Under the pieces are notes generated by a model that had not been told where the DNA came from, ran no database searches, and saw nothing but the letters and a program-made list of their open reading frames with translations. The translations under genes were made by a program, and so were the position numbers. Below, piece by piece: positions 1 to 9,000 of a stretch of DNA of 25,937 bases (position 1 is its first letter; the number at the start of each line of letters is the position of its first letter). Origin of the DNA: a virus (Duplodnaviria > Caudoviricetes); the IMG/VR virus record IMGVR_UViG_3300021197_001451, positions 1 through 25,937 of that record; one strand, 5' to 3'.

Positions 1-899
1 ACAACCAGTGTATCAAATAGCTTTCCTGATTCGGCGGCAGAAACACCAAGATTACTAAGGGCTGCTGCTTGTTCTATTAGCTTCCCTTTCATATCGTCCG
101 ATACAAGAGCGAACTGCCCAAAGCCATCGTTGAGTCCAGATAGTAATCTGGCTGTGGCTTCTGCGTCTAGTCCAAACTGATTTGTCGCAGCCACGTTGGC
201 ATATAACAATTGCTCGAAGTCTTGCAAGCCTGAGGACCTTATACCCTCTGCAAGTATACTTGACAACTTCATGGATGCGCCGATTAGTGCCGCCATTGCA
301 TCAAGCGCCAGATCAAGTGCAAATTCAAGGTAGTTTCCAGTGAGTACAGCCTCACCAAGACCCATGGCAAAGTCGGCAGCGCCCGAAACCATGCCGCCAA
401 TTTCTGAACCAAGTGAAGAAGCGATACCCTGAGCTTTATTGAAACCCCCTTGGACCTTATCCATTTTTTTCTTAAAGGCTTCTATTTCTTTTTTGCCTTG
501 TTCAAGTTCATGATTTTGTTTTCTGATCTCTTCTGTTACATCTTCGTGCTCTCGTCGGGTTTTGTCAAGTAAACTGGCTATGTCTCCATGCATATCTCTG
601 GCTACTCGGATACCTTCCAATTTATTTTGATATGATAATTCTTCGGCGGTACTTATCGTCAGACCCTGTTTCGCTAGTTCTCTTTTCTTCTCCTCAATTT
701 CAAAAGCCTCTTGTTGCAATAAGAGCGCCTCTTGCGCTGACGCTATGTCTGCGTCGTCAAGATTAGTAAGCAGTGCCTTCGCTGTCGCCATATCTTGCAT
801 GGCTTGCGCACTTTGTTTATTCTGCTCAAGTATTAGCTTATTTTGCTCTATCAGCTTTTCATTGCGAGCTAATTCTTCTTCTGTGGGGAACATAGCCAT
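1..899 (-). CDS. Tape measure protein, N-terminal part (runs off the left edge; not in ORF track)
   Basis: Manual translation from ATG at 899 (GAGGG SD upstream) gives MAMFPTEEELARNEKLIEQNKLILEQ... and stays open to base 1. It has an N-terminal coiled coil followed by Ala/Gly/Leu-rich helical segments (GGMVSGAADFAMGLGEAVL, AAALSNLGVSAAESGKLF). Its position downstream of tube and chaperone is canonical. Confidence 0.75.
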   Translation of the reverse strand, partial: MAMFPTEEELARNEKLIEQNKLILEQNKQSAQAMQDMATAKALLTNLDDADIASAQEALLLQQEAFEIEEKKRELAKQGLTISTAEELSYQNKLEGIRVARDMHGDIASLLDKTRREHEDVTEEIRKQNHELEQGKKEIEAFKKKMDKVQGGFNKAQGIASSLGSEIGGMVSGAADFAMGLGEAVLTGNYLEFALDLALDAMAALIGASMKLSSILAEGIRSSGLQDFEQLLYANVAATNQFGLDAEATARLLSGLNDGFGQFALVSDDMKGKLIEQAAALSNLGVSAAESGKLFDTLV

Positions 900-910
900 C
901 GACTAACCCT

Positions 911-1249
911 CTATCGCACTGGCCATTTCATGCCAGTCTCCTTCTCGAATAGTCTGATTGACTTCTCAAGTTTTGCACGGTTCTTAAATGTAAGTGGGCT
1001 GTCTAAGCCATACTTCTTTATGGCAGTCATGAAACGCTTCTCCGCAACCAAGGTATCTGTAAAGCGCATAACCTCAAGTCTGTTACCTCTCACTTTGACT
1101 GGGATCTTAGAGCCCATAAACATCTTCTCTAAAAGATATTGAACCCAAGCGGCAAATATACTAAGCACACTTTCATTTAAAGTTCCTCTTCTATTAGCGC
1201 CCAGATCCATCACTACTGTGGATAAATCTTTATCTTGATCTTCTTTCAT
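911..1249 (-). CDS. Hypothetical protein (112 aa) between tail chaperone and tape measure
   Basis: Clean ORF with GAGG SD and its own upstream CTATTTA motif; no recognised family. Confidence 0.8.
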   Translation of the reverse strand: MKEDQDKDLSTVVMDLGANRRGTLNESVLSIFAAWVQYLLEKMFMGSKIPVKVRGNRLEVMRFTDTLVAEKRFMTAIKKYGLDSPLTFKNRAKLEKSIRLFEKETGMKWPVR

Positions 1250-1265
1250 ATACAGAACCTCACTT

Positions 1266-1284
1266 CTATTTAGTAAATAGTTTG
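1266..1284 (-). promoter_or_regulatory. Putative late promoter motif (coding strand CAAACTATTTACTAA), here part of the palindrome CTATTTA-G-TAAATAG
   Basis: The 15-mer at 1270-1284 is identical to 8905-8919. It lies just after a terminator and about 25 nt before an ATG. Confidence 0.6.
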
Positions 1285-1290
1285 CGAAAG

Positions 1291-1320
1291 TAAAATAAAA
1301 GAGGGGCTTTAACCCCTCTT
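1291..1320 (-). terminator. Intrinsic terminator after the tail chaperone pair
   Basis: Minus strand AAGAGGGG-TTAAAG-CCCCTCTT followed by TTATTTTA; overlaps the stop codon at 1309. Confidence 0.75.
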
Positions 1321-1518
1321 CGATTTGCGCATTGCTGCCTTATGCGCCTCATTCTCTTTCTTTATTTCTTCCGCTAATCTCTCTAAAAACCACTTTCTCA
1401 ATCTAACTGGCAAGTTGTATGCTTCAGTAAAGCTCCACCCGCCATGGTACTTCATCAAGAAGAATTGCTCATAAATCTGTGTAGCGTGCTCAGGCGTCAG
1501 GCCAAAAGAACCCCGCAT
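1309..1518 (-). CDS. Small gp51-like tail/baseplate assembly protein, or the +1-frameshift extension of the upstream chaperone
   Basis: FGLTPEHATQIYEQFFLMKYHGGWSFTEAYNLPVRLRKWFLERL resembles the short proteins that follow gp26 in T4-like phages. It overlaps the upstream ORF in the +1 frame. The start is uncertain: ATG 1518, ATG 1455, or entry by frameshift. Confidence 0.65.
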   Translation of the reverse strand: MRGSFGLTPEHATQIYEQFFLMKYHGGWSFTEAYNLPVRLRKWFLERLAEEIKKENEAHKAAMRKSKRG

Positions 1519-2344
1519 TAAGCGGGACCTCCATCTCTGCGGAGTGACCGCAGTTGCCACAGTCAAAGTCTGTGCGTAGTTCCACGTTTGGAACAGCCTT
1601 GGTATAATTAATTCTTAGATGTCTCGCATCTCTTGCTGGCATGTTCTCAACAAAGTTATTGATCATAGCTCTATCTGAATTGCCATTAACTTTTACAACC
1701 ATTGTGCGAAGCATGGTCGTCAACTCATTGTTAGCCATACGATGCTTCTTCATCTGCTTTCTTCTCTGTGCATTAGCAGTCTCATCAGCGCCAGTCATCA
1801 AACGACAGCTTACTGTAGCTTTTGTCATTGGCAACTGGATATCGAAGGTGCCATCCTCATTCCAAACAACATCAGATGCATCAGGAGTCTTGACTGTCAT
1901 GATCTCGCTAACCATGTACTCTTCTTCTGAGTCTTCACTACAGGCTGGACAAGTAATCTTTACATTATATTCTTCTCCATAGCCCGTAACTCTCGCAGCT
2001 ATTAGAATAGCGTTTTTATCGCCGATTAGCAAAGCCTCTGATGTAATGCGCTTATCTACGATTACACTGTCTACTAAGCGATCTAGGACAATACCCTTGC
2101 GAATAAGTGCTTGTGAGGTGAGAATATCCTCTTCCTTAGCAGTCATGAATCGAATCTCTACTGCGTCTTGTCCGTGAAGTGGGTGACCTTCAGGATAATA
2201 CCTTCCACCAGATGGCAAATCCACAAACTCAGTTGGGTTTGACCAACTGAATTCTTGTGTCTGTGAAGTTGCTGCTGCTGGAGCAGGAGGCGTTGCGTCC
2301 TGCTCTACCTTAGGCGCACCAGTGCGACTATTATTGCGTGCCAT
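1490..2344 (-). CDS. T4 gp26-like baseplate hub assembly / tail assembly chaperone with two CxxC pairs
   Basis: Motifs VDLPSGGRYY, IRFMTAKEEDIL, LLIGDKNAILIAARVTGYG, CPAC and CGNC, with C-terminal FFWP; immediately downstream of the tail tube. Confidence 0.8.
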   Translation of the reverse strand: MARNNSRTGAPKVEQDATPPAPAAATSQTQEFSWSNPTEFVDLPSGGRYYPEGHPLHGQDAVEIRFMTAKEEDILTSQALIRKGIVLDRLVDSVIVDKRITSEALLIGDKNAILIAARVTGYGEEYNVKITCPACSEDSEEEYMVSEIMTVKTPDASDVVWNEDGTFDIQLPMTKATVSCRLMTGADETANAQRRKQMKKHRMANNELTTMLRTMVVKVNGNSDRAMINNFVENMPARDARHLRINYTKAVPNVELRTDFDCGNCGHSAEMEVPLNAGFFWPDA

Positions 2345-2418
2345 ATTTTGAAACCTTTCTTGTAGTAATTAGCTTACCACAACATCTTATTTTTGTTTAG
2401 CTCTTTATGATACTAGAC

Positions 2419-3000
2419 TTAGCTTCTGACAACGCCATCAGCGTCGGCTTGTTGTAGATCTGAATCTACGCTGTAACCGTTTGCTGGAGCGTGTGAGAGT
2501 TGAAGCTCTGCCCAGTCATAAGTGATCTCTAAAGTGATTTCACTCATGTCATCGGAGGTGTAATCCAAGTCGCCATATGTGACCTTAGATACAAATGCAT
2601 TTCTAAGGACCCATTCTTCGACTGGACTACCTTCACCATCAATCTGCTGGATGGCGACACGACCCAATGCCTTAGTAGCGTCTGCTTTGGTCATCGTTGT
2701 CTTAGCCTGGTTAGGATCTAGAGGATAACGATAGCCAGCATTACGGATCATATTCAGAGTTGTTCTGGCTAGATCTGGGTCAAGAGGATCGACCAAGGTA
2801 ACGCTGATTGGGGAATCCCAAGTCACACGTCCAGGGTACCTAAACTCGTGATTGAGATAGGTGTGAATCACAGGGTTCACAGTGACTGCTGGTTTCTGCA
2901 CAGTTTTGACAACCCACACAGGGATATTATCAACCAGCAATTGAAATCTAAACTTTCTTTTTGGATCAGAGTTTTGAGCACTCCAGAATATCTCAGCCAT
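2419..3000 (-). CDS. gp19: Tail tube protein (gp19-like)
   Basis: DPKRKFRF, YPGRVTW, EEWVLRNAF and YGDLDYTSDDMSEITLEITYDW are tube-family motifs; follows the sheath; GAGGAG SD. Confidence 0.9.
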   Translation of the reverse strand: MAEIFWSAQNSDPKRKFRFQLLVDNIPVWVVKTVQKPAVTVNPVIHTYLNHEFRYPGRVTWDSPISVTLVDPLDPDLARTTLNMIRNAGYRYPLDPNQAKTTMTKADATKALGRVAIQQIDGEGSPVEEWVLRNAFVSKVTYGDLDYTSDDMSEITLEITYDWAELQLSHAPANGYSVDSDLQQADADGVVRS

Positions 3001-3039
3001 TTATATTTTCTCCTCGTAATATATAGAACTCATCTTAGA

Positions 3040-6000
3040 TTAATCTGCAAACGATGCGCCAGATCTTGCGATACTGAAGTCGATTGCAAAGAACTCAGCA
3101 GTTCTGGTTGGTTTGAGAAGCACCTTAGCATAAATGATGTTTCTGTCAATCAGATCTGGAGTAGTTGTTGATTCATCCAAAATAAGTCTGAAGTCTTCTA
3201 GACCAAACTGTGCCTTGACGCTTCTAAGGATAGGCTCTGCTTCACCCAAGAATCTATTCCAAGTTTCTCTGGTGTTTTGTGCAAAGACTACTCTAGATGC
3301 TACACGGCTTATTTCACGCTTGATGAAGATCATTAGGCGACGGACGTTAACACGATCAAGTGCCGATGGGGTAGTTTGTAAAGTCTTCTGTCCGAAGATC
3401 ACAATACCCTCTGCTGGGAACTTAGCGATTGGGTTAATGCCTGCTGCGTATAGATCATCACGATCTTTCGAGGTAAGCTTCTTGGTAACGTCGATGATTG
3501 GTAGACCACCTGCGCCATCAGAAAGGCCGCCACGAGCTAGACCTGCTGGGGCAAACCATGGAGCACCAACTCGATCTGTAAAGGACATTGCGCCCAAAGC
3601 AGGAATCGAAGGTGGTAGCCATAGTAGCTTGCCAGTTAGGGTGTCACGGGCACGAACCCATGGGTAGTAAGCAGCACCGTAACTTGTGTTGATCTCACGG
3701 TTTGTTAGAGCGTCAACAGCAGTCTTCACGGTGTTACCAGCACGGGTCTGGTAGTTGCTTGTGTTTTCTGTTGAAGGTGTGAACACGCTTCCCAGATCAA
3801 CAACTGCTAACATGTCGCCACGATCTTCAGCTATTTCTAGCATCTTGTCAGTGACTATAGTTGAAGTGATACCTGGGACAGCAAGCAAGTTGCCTTCTAC
3901 ATCCTCTGGGTCTCGAACTAAGTCTAAAGCTCTAACCACGGAGTGGAGAGCATAGGCTGCCGTCTCATCAGTACCGATTCTGGTATTGTTGAAAGGTTCT
4001 GACTCTTTAATGTTTAAGCCGTCATGACCGCCATGTAGCAAGGTCGTGAAGTTGTTATAGCCCTGGTCCAAAATCTTTTGGTATGAACCTGTTGTGAACG
4101 TAGCTTCACGAGCACCTGTTGCGCCGTGGGCGGCACCTGCGGTGTATGAGAAGCCAGCCTTTCTTAGACCATACAAATGTTTTGCTTCACTAGACTTACC
4201 TGGAACTGGTCCGACGTTATCAAGCGAGAACACGAATGAGTGTTGTCTAGCAGTTGATGTTGCTGTGCTTACGTCTACCTGGCGAACTGGAATATCATCT
4301 GATGTTGCATTGACTTGTGCCAAATCCAACGATGCCTCCGCAGTATAATCCTTGAAGTTAACACTCAAGCTGCGAACAATGTCTGCAAGCTCTGGGTTGT
4401 AACGATTGTTTGCAATCGACTGCCCTGTGTACACGCCAAAGTGTGTTACTTCTTTAGAGTTAGGTGAACCATAAGATGAGCTAAGCACCAATGGAAGTTC
4501 TGGGAATCGGACACTGGCAGTCATATTAGCCAGACCCATGTCTAACAACATTGCCTTTGAGGCGTCTGGTACTTTGCCTACCAAGCCAAAGTTCATTAGG
4601 TCGCCGAAGCCAGTGCCGCCGCCGTCGATTAGACTATGGACGCCACCGCCGCCTGCTGCTCCACCTTGACCCTTACCATAAGAGTGAAGTGAGGTTGAGC
4701 CACTAACAATGTCAACATCACGATACTTAGTTGGACCGAAGAAGCCGAATGGTAGTAGGCGTGGATCAGTTGCGCCACGTTCTACATCGCCGTTCATCAC
4801 TACTCTGACGTAATCAGAGCGGTTAGCATACTCACCATATCGGCGATTGCGTTTCTCAGCCGAGTCATAAACTTCATGCTGATCACCAATTCTATTAGCG
4901 ACATAATCTGGGGATGCTGGGTTTAGGTTACAAGCTGTGAATCTTTCTAAGACTCTTTGCCTGTTGTCAGTATCACGTATGTCACGGACCACAACATCAA
5001 ACGTTCCGTATGGATCAGCGTTTGTAGTAGAAGCCTTGACGTTTTGAATCGATAGCTTAATAGTTTTTTGTACTTGCTCTCCAACGTCACGAGCTTCCAA
5101 ACGGAATAAACGTTGCTGGTTCTCTGCTGCATATGAGCCCGAGGAGTCTGTCATATCCTGAGATATGAAGTAGCCCGTAGTAGCCTTAGTAGCAGAGAAC
5201 TTGAAGTCACCGTGCTCTTCAGCAGGAGTAGCTGGGTTTTGCATGGGCATAATAGCACCGAACATTACGTCGCCTGTAAAGGCGGTAGCGTCAACAAATA
5301 GTTCTCTAAAAGGGCTGCCCTTAAGAACCTTTCTTTCAAATGTTTCACCAAGAACATAGCTGACACGATTGGTTCCATCTGCTAATGTAGCAGTAGAAAC
5401 ATCATCGTTAACCAACGTTGGGTTCGTGTTGAATACTTTTCTGATGAATCGATCACTGGCTGGATCGAAGTTGAACGTTACTCGTTCTGATGGATTGTGT
5501 GCATTCAAGTTAGCAGCACCGTGGATCTGAGCTACGAACTCACCATTAGCGTCTGACTTGAATAGCTGGCAACCAGAAGCGGTCATCTCGCCACGAGCAT
5601 TTGTACCACTGAGAATAACTCTGCCTTCTTCAACATAGAAGACGGCTGCTAGAGTACCAGAGATAGTGTAGCCGTTTGATGCAGCACTTCCTGATGGCCA
5701 TACAAAGAGACCGTATGCGCCTTGCGAGGAGTTGGTATCATCAATGCCATCAAATTCATAACCAGCAGCGCCTGCGTTAGCAGCGCCATCGCTGATGTCT
5801 GGGTGTTGTTGCCCTAAAAGACGGACGACTGTTACAGCGTTACTGTTCTTTAACCAAGCCTGTGCTGCAAAGCTAGCATAAGTTGGGGCAAGCTCGTTGC
5901 CATCACGCCAAACATCACCGCCTTTTCCGCCTGCAACGGGGTCGCCGAAGACTTGAATAAACTCTTCAAATGAGTTGACCGTGGTTGGTCTAAAGGCGGG

Positions 6001-6123
6001 ACCTTTGCGGGTTCGACCTACAATAACTGGACCGATTGGATCGGGTATCTTAGGGAGTTGGCTGTTATCTATCTCGCTAGTAAAGACTCCTGGCGAAATA
6101 AACTTGAATTTGCGTTCTGACAT
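3040..6123 (-). CDS. gp18: Tail sheath protein (gp18-like), 1027 aa with insertions
   Basis: N-terminal FISPGVFTSEIDNS and GRTRKGP. C-terminal YYPWV, PWFAPAGLARG, RDDLYAAGINPI, IFGQKTLQ and ALDRVNVRRL. Confidence 0.95.
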   Translation of the reverse strand: MSERKFKFISPGVFTSEIDNSQLPKIPDPIGPVIVGRTRKGPAFRPTTVNSFEEFIQVFGDPVAGGKGGDVWRDGNELAPTYASFAAQAWLKNSNAVTVVRLLGQQHPDISDGAANAGAAGYEFDGIDDTNSSQGAYGLFVWPSGSAASNGYTISGTLAAVFYVEEGRVILSGTNARGEMTASGCQLFKSDANGEFVAQIHGAANLNAHNPSERVTFNFDPASDRFIRKVFNTNPTLVNDDVSTATLADGTNRVSYVLGETFERKVLKGSPFRELFVDATAFTGDVMFGAIMPMQNPATPAEEHGDFKFSATKATTGYFISQDMTDSSGSYAAENQQRLFRLEARDVGEQVQKTIKLSIQNVKASTTNADPYGTFDVVVRDIRDTDNRQRVLERFTACNLNPASPDYVANRIGDQHEVYDSAEKRNRRYGEYANRSDYVRVVMNGDVERGATDPRLLPFGFFGPTKYRDVDIVSGSTSLHSYGKGQGGAAGGGGVHSLIDGGGTGFGDLMNFGLVGKVPDASKAMLLDMGLANMTASVRFPELPLVLSSSYGSPNSKEVTHFGVYTGQSIANNRYNPELADIVRSLSVNFKDYTAEASLDLAQVNATSDDIPVRQVDVSTATSTARQHSFVFSLDNVGPVPGKSSEAKHLYGLRKAGFSYTAGAAHGATGAREATFTTGSYQKILDQGYNNFTTLLHGGHDGLNIKESEPFNNTRIGTDETAAYALHSVVRALDLVRDPEDVEGNLLAVPGITSTIVTDKMLEIAEDRGDMLAVVDLGSVFTPSTENTSNYQTRAGNTVKTAVDALTNREINTSYGAAYYPWVRARDTLTGKLLWLPPSIPALGAMSFTDRVGAPWFAPAGLARGGLSDGAGGLPIIDVTKKLTSKDRDDLYAAGINPIAKFPAEGIVIFGQKTLQTTPSALDRVNVRRLMIFIKREISRVASRVVFAQNTRETWNRFLGEAEPILRSVKAQFGLEDFRLILDESTTTPDLIDRNIIYAKVLLKPTRTAEFFAIDFSIARSGASFAD

Positions 6124-6187
6124 TTATATCATTCTCCTCGTAGTTTCAACGTATAAGTTGTAATTGTAAATGCATTACAATACAATG

Positions 6188-6195
6188 TAAATAGT
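6188..6195 (-). promoter_or_regulatory. Putative late promoter motif ACTATTTA upstream of sheath
   Basis: Same motif as at 1274, 8909, 11879 and 20732; intergenic, about 65 nt before the ATG. Confidence 0.55.
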
Positions 6196-6230
6196 ATGGC
6201 GATATAGCAAAATGCTTAGGGTAGTATTTT

Positions 6231-7112
6231 TTATCTTCTGATCTTATTGTCTAGATCTAGATGAAAAGGTATTTCATCTGACAATACCGCTCGCTCTCGT
6301 CCGATAATAATCTCTGCGGGGCTTTGTGTAACTTTGATAGCTGACTCTATTTTCTCTTGGTCTAAAATGTAACCCAACACTTGAACTGTAATATTGCTAG
6401 TGAAAAGTCTTTCTTCGGTTCCTAAAGAAGCTGCGTTATTGTCTTGCGTAAAATCTGCTTGGACAAAAGCCTCGTAGCGGTGCCCCTCGTATTCAAGGAT
6501 AAAATAGTTTCTTGCACCGCCAGCAATCATAAAGTGGGAAGACATTTCGTTCATCTGTTGGATATACTCTGACCTCATACTGATCTGGTATCCTATATCA
6601 AGATAGATTGGTGCTGGAATGGTATAAACATCATACACTACTCTTGTGCTTTTTCTAGGGAATGTCTTTTTATTTGGGTCAGTTCCGCTCGCAGATCGTC
6701 GTACAGAGTCTGCGTTAGCCCTATCTCTAGTTTTGAGTTGGTTGACCGTTCTAGCTATCTCTATTCTTCCCATTGAGCCATCAGCATTTTGTGGTAAGGG
6801 AGAATAATATTTCCCTCTCCTTGTGACATCCTTATTGACTGATGTTCTCTCTATGGAGATCAGTGGGTATATCAATGAATCATGAGCACCAAAGCCAGCG
6901 TCTCGTACTTCGGGACTCTTCTTAACCATGACAGGTCGCTCTTGAGTCTGAAAGATTACAGGCACCCTCTTATATCCTTCGTTAGTCTCCACATGAACAT
7001 TGAGGTTGTCTTTGACATAATTGAATATAGCATAATCAATTGTCTCAAGAGTAGATGGTCGGATTGGTATTGAGGTTTTAGTTATCTCATTTGTTTTTGT
7101 TCTTTTAGGCAT
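6231..7112 (-). CDS. Tail terminator / sheath stabiliser (gp15-like)
   Basis: TLETIDYAI, VPVIF, YPLISIERTS and PIYLDIGYQISM motifs; sits between head closure and sheath. Confidence 0.65.
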   Translation of the reverse strand: MPKRTKTNEITKTSIPIRPSTLETIDYAIFNYVKDNLNVHVETNEGYKRVPVIFQTQERPVMVKKSPEVRDAGFGAHDSLIYPLISIERTSVNKDVTRRGKYYSPLPQNADGSMGRIEIARTVNQLKTRDRANADSVRRSASGTDPNKKTFPRKSTRVVYDVYTIPAPIYLDIGYQISMRSEYIQQMNEMSSHFMIAGGARNYFILEYEGHRYEAFVQADFTQDNNAASLGTEERLFTSNITVQVLGYILDQEKIESAIKVTQSPAEIIIGRERAVLSDEIPFHLDLDNKIRR

Positions 7113-7612
7113 TAGGGCATACCCTCGAATAAGCCACGTCTTGCTTTTCTGACTGAGGCTATAATTTCCACTTTGTGTCCATCTAAGCCAGCGTCTTGTC
7201 CGTATATGTATCGTGGCTCTGCTAGTTCTACAATCTCGTAGTTTTTATTATCATACTGTATATAGTCGCCCACACGAACGAATAAGTCCTGATCATCAGT
7301 CAGTCGTCTCCTATGGAAGTGTATCTTAGCTGTGTCTAGTCGATCTACACCGAATTGCTCAGAGGTTGTATTTGACCCCTCATATTCTACAAGCACATGA
7401 ACATGAACTGGTGGTAAGAATACCTTACTAATCGCTTCGCCATATAAAGGATGAAAGTTAGTGGACTCCATATCAATAGAAAAATATAATATTCTCTGTC
7501 CGATAATCTTTTCGACTATCTCATCGGTTATCTGCTTAGCGAAGTCCCTTTCTTTCTTACCAACGAATAGTGGTGCTGGGGGTGCTCCTGGTTGACTCCA
7601 TTCATTTGCCAT
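7112..7612 (-). CDS. Head closure / neck protein (gp14-like)
   Basis: IIGQRILYF, HPLYGEA and FVRVGDYIQY..YEIVE motifs; synteny after the gp13-like gene; TAATG overlap with the next gene. Confidence 0.7.
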   Translation of the reverse strand: MANEWSQPGAPPAPLFVGKKERDFAKQITDEIVEKIIGQRILYFSIDMESTNFHPLYGEAISKVFLPPVHVHVLVEYEGSNTTSEQFGVDRLDTAKIHFHRRRLTDDQDLFVRVGDYIQYDNKNYEIVELAEPRYIYGQDAGLDGHKVEIIASVRKARRGLFEGMP

Positions 7613-7617
7613 CTATA

Positions 7618-8871
7618 TCAACCCACATAGATCCCATAGGGAACCTTCTGAAGTGTTGTGTTGACATTATCCATAAGGGCAGTATCACCTTCGGCTAACT
7701 TACCGTAAGTCAATTCATCCAGCACAGTCTTGAGTTCATCTCGTAAGGCAGTTTGTTCTTCTTTGCCTTCAGAGATTAATGCACTACCATTCAATTGAAT
7801 ATCGTTGCCTGGTATTGGAATTGAGCCGAGCTTGGAACGTATTTGGCCTAGCGTCTCTTTACAGAGGGCTAATGCAAAACGTCTAATCCATTGCTTACCA
7901 ATACTATTGATGTTTATATAAGGTACGTTAGGGAAGGGCAATGTGTTTAGATTATTTATGCCTTCCGATCCATATTTGCGATCGCTCTCCTCATCGTATG
8001 CTTCGTTGTTAGAAACTCTAAACTTAACATAAAAGTTAGTGGGTGAGTCCGATGAAGGAATAGGAAATATTCTCAACCTATTATTTATAAGCTCATAAGA
8101 ATAATGCGATGATCTCATCTTTATATTATTTTCATAGGCACTAGCCTGTAACTCGTGTTGCCATACTGGTATCAACTCGAAAGTGCTATCATCTGCATAC
8201 ATGCCATAGGATGACAGATTGCCTACCATACCATGAGTGCCGCCGCCGAAGAAGCGCCATGATGATGCTGGTGACCTATAATATACTTTCTCTATTAGGA
8301 TTCTATCGTTACCAATTGCTCCTGAAAACGGAGAACCTGCTTCTAGTGACGAACTATAGATAAGAGCCTGTAGGTCGTAATCTTGTTGATCGTTGACACT
8401 AGCAAAGGATGCTGAATATATTCTTTCGTTTTGCCCTAAACCAATTTGTGAAGCCACTGATGACGCCACGTGGCGAGCATATTCTAAAGTTAGTTTAGTA
8501 AATCTTAAGTTTGGCTTCAACTCAGTATCAGATCTGTAAGCAGAAAATTCACCATCCTGATTGAATGATCCTGTTGCACCACCCATCATATCAGATAAGA
8601 CATTTTTTGCCTGATGTGTATTGACAATGTAAGAATATTCTAGGCACGCCTCTTCATAGGCTTTGTATATGTTTGTTGTTTCTAACTCGATATCTAAAAC
8701 ATTACCGCCGAGCTTTCCGTACACATAGGAAACTTGATCTACAGCACCACTAACAAAGGGTGCAGTACTATAGATGCCAAAAGCTAAAGAACTGGCAACA
8801 TCTGAATGTGTTCCAGTAGCTGGTAATATTAAAGCACTAGTAGTGCTAGCTGGGCTAAGGTCTGTTGGCAT
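7618..8871 (-). CDS. Neck / head-tail adaptor protein (gp13-like)
   Basis: KLGGNVLDIEL, WIRRFALALCKETLGQIRSK and IPGNDIQLNGSALISEG motifs. Start re-called to ATG 8871 (MPTDLSP), which has a GGAGG SD. Confidence 0.8.
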   Translation of the reverse strand: MPTDLSPASTTSALILPATGTHSDVASSLAFGIYSTAPFVSGAVDQVSYVYGKLGGNVLDIELETTNIYKAYEEACLEYSYIVNTHQAKNVLSDMMGGATGSFNQDGEFSAYRSDTELKPNLRFTKLTLEYARHVASSVASQIGLGQNERIYSASFASVNDQQDYDLQALIYSSSLEAGSPFSGAIGNDRILIEKVYYRSPASSWRFFGGGTHGMVGNLSSYGMYADDSTFELIPVWQHELQASAYENNIKMRSSHYSYELINNRLRIFPIPSSDSPTNFYVKFRVSNNEAYDEESDRKYGSEGINNLNTLPFPNVPYININSIGKQWIRRFALALCKETLGQIRSKLGSIPIPGNDIQLNGSALISEGKEEQTALRDELKTVLDELTYGKLAEGDTALMDNVNTTLQKVPYGIYVG

Positions 8872-8904
8872 TCGCAAATCCTCCAAATAAGACAAGAGCA
8901 ACCG

Positions 8905-8919
8905 TTAGTAAATAGTTTG
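8905..8919 (-). promoter_or_regulatory. Putative late promoter motif CAAACTATTTACTAA upstream of neck gene
   Basis: Identical to 1270-1284; lies right after the capsid terminator, where re-initiation is needed. Confidence 0.65.
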
Positions 8920-8941
8920 TTACTTTTGTCTTTGCCCAGAT

Positions 8942-8969
8942 AAAACAAAAGCCGCCCCGAAGGGCGGCT
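8942..8969 (-). terminator. Intrinsic terminator after major capsid gene
   Basis: Minus strand AGCCGCCC-TTCG-GGGCGGCT followed by TTTGTTTT: GC stem, UUCG tetraloop and U tract. Confidence 0.92.
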
Positions 8970-9000
8970 AATGCCGTATTAGCTATGCACTAAATGACTA

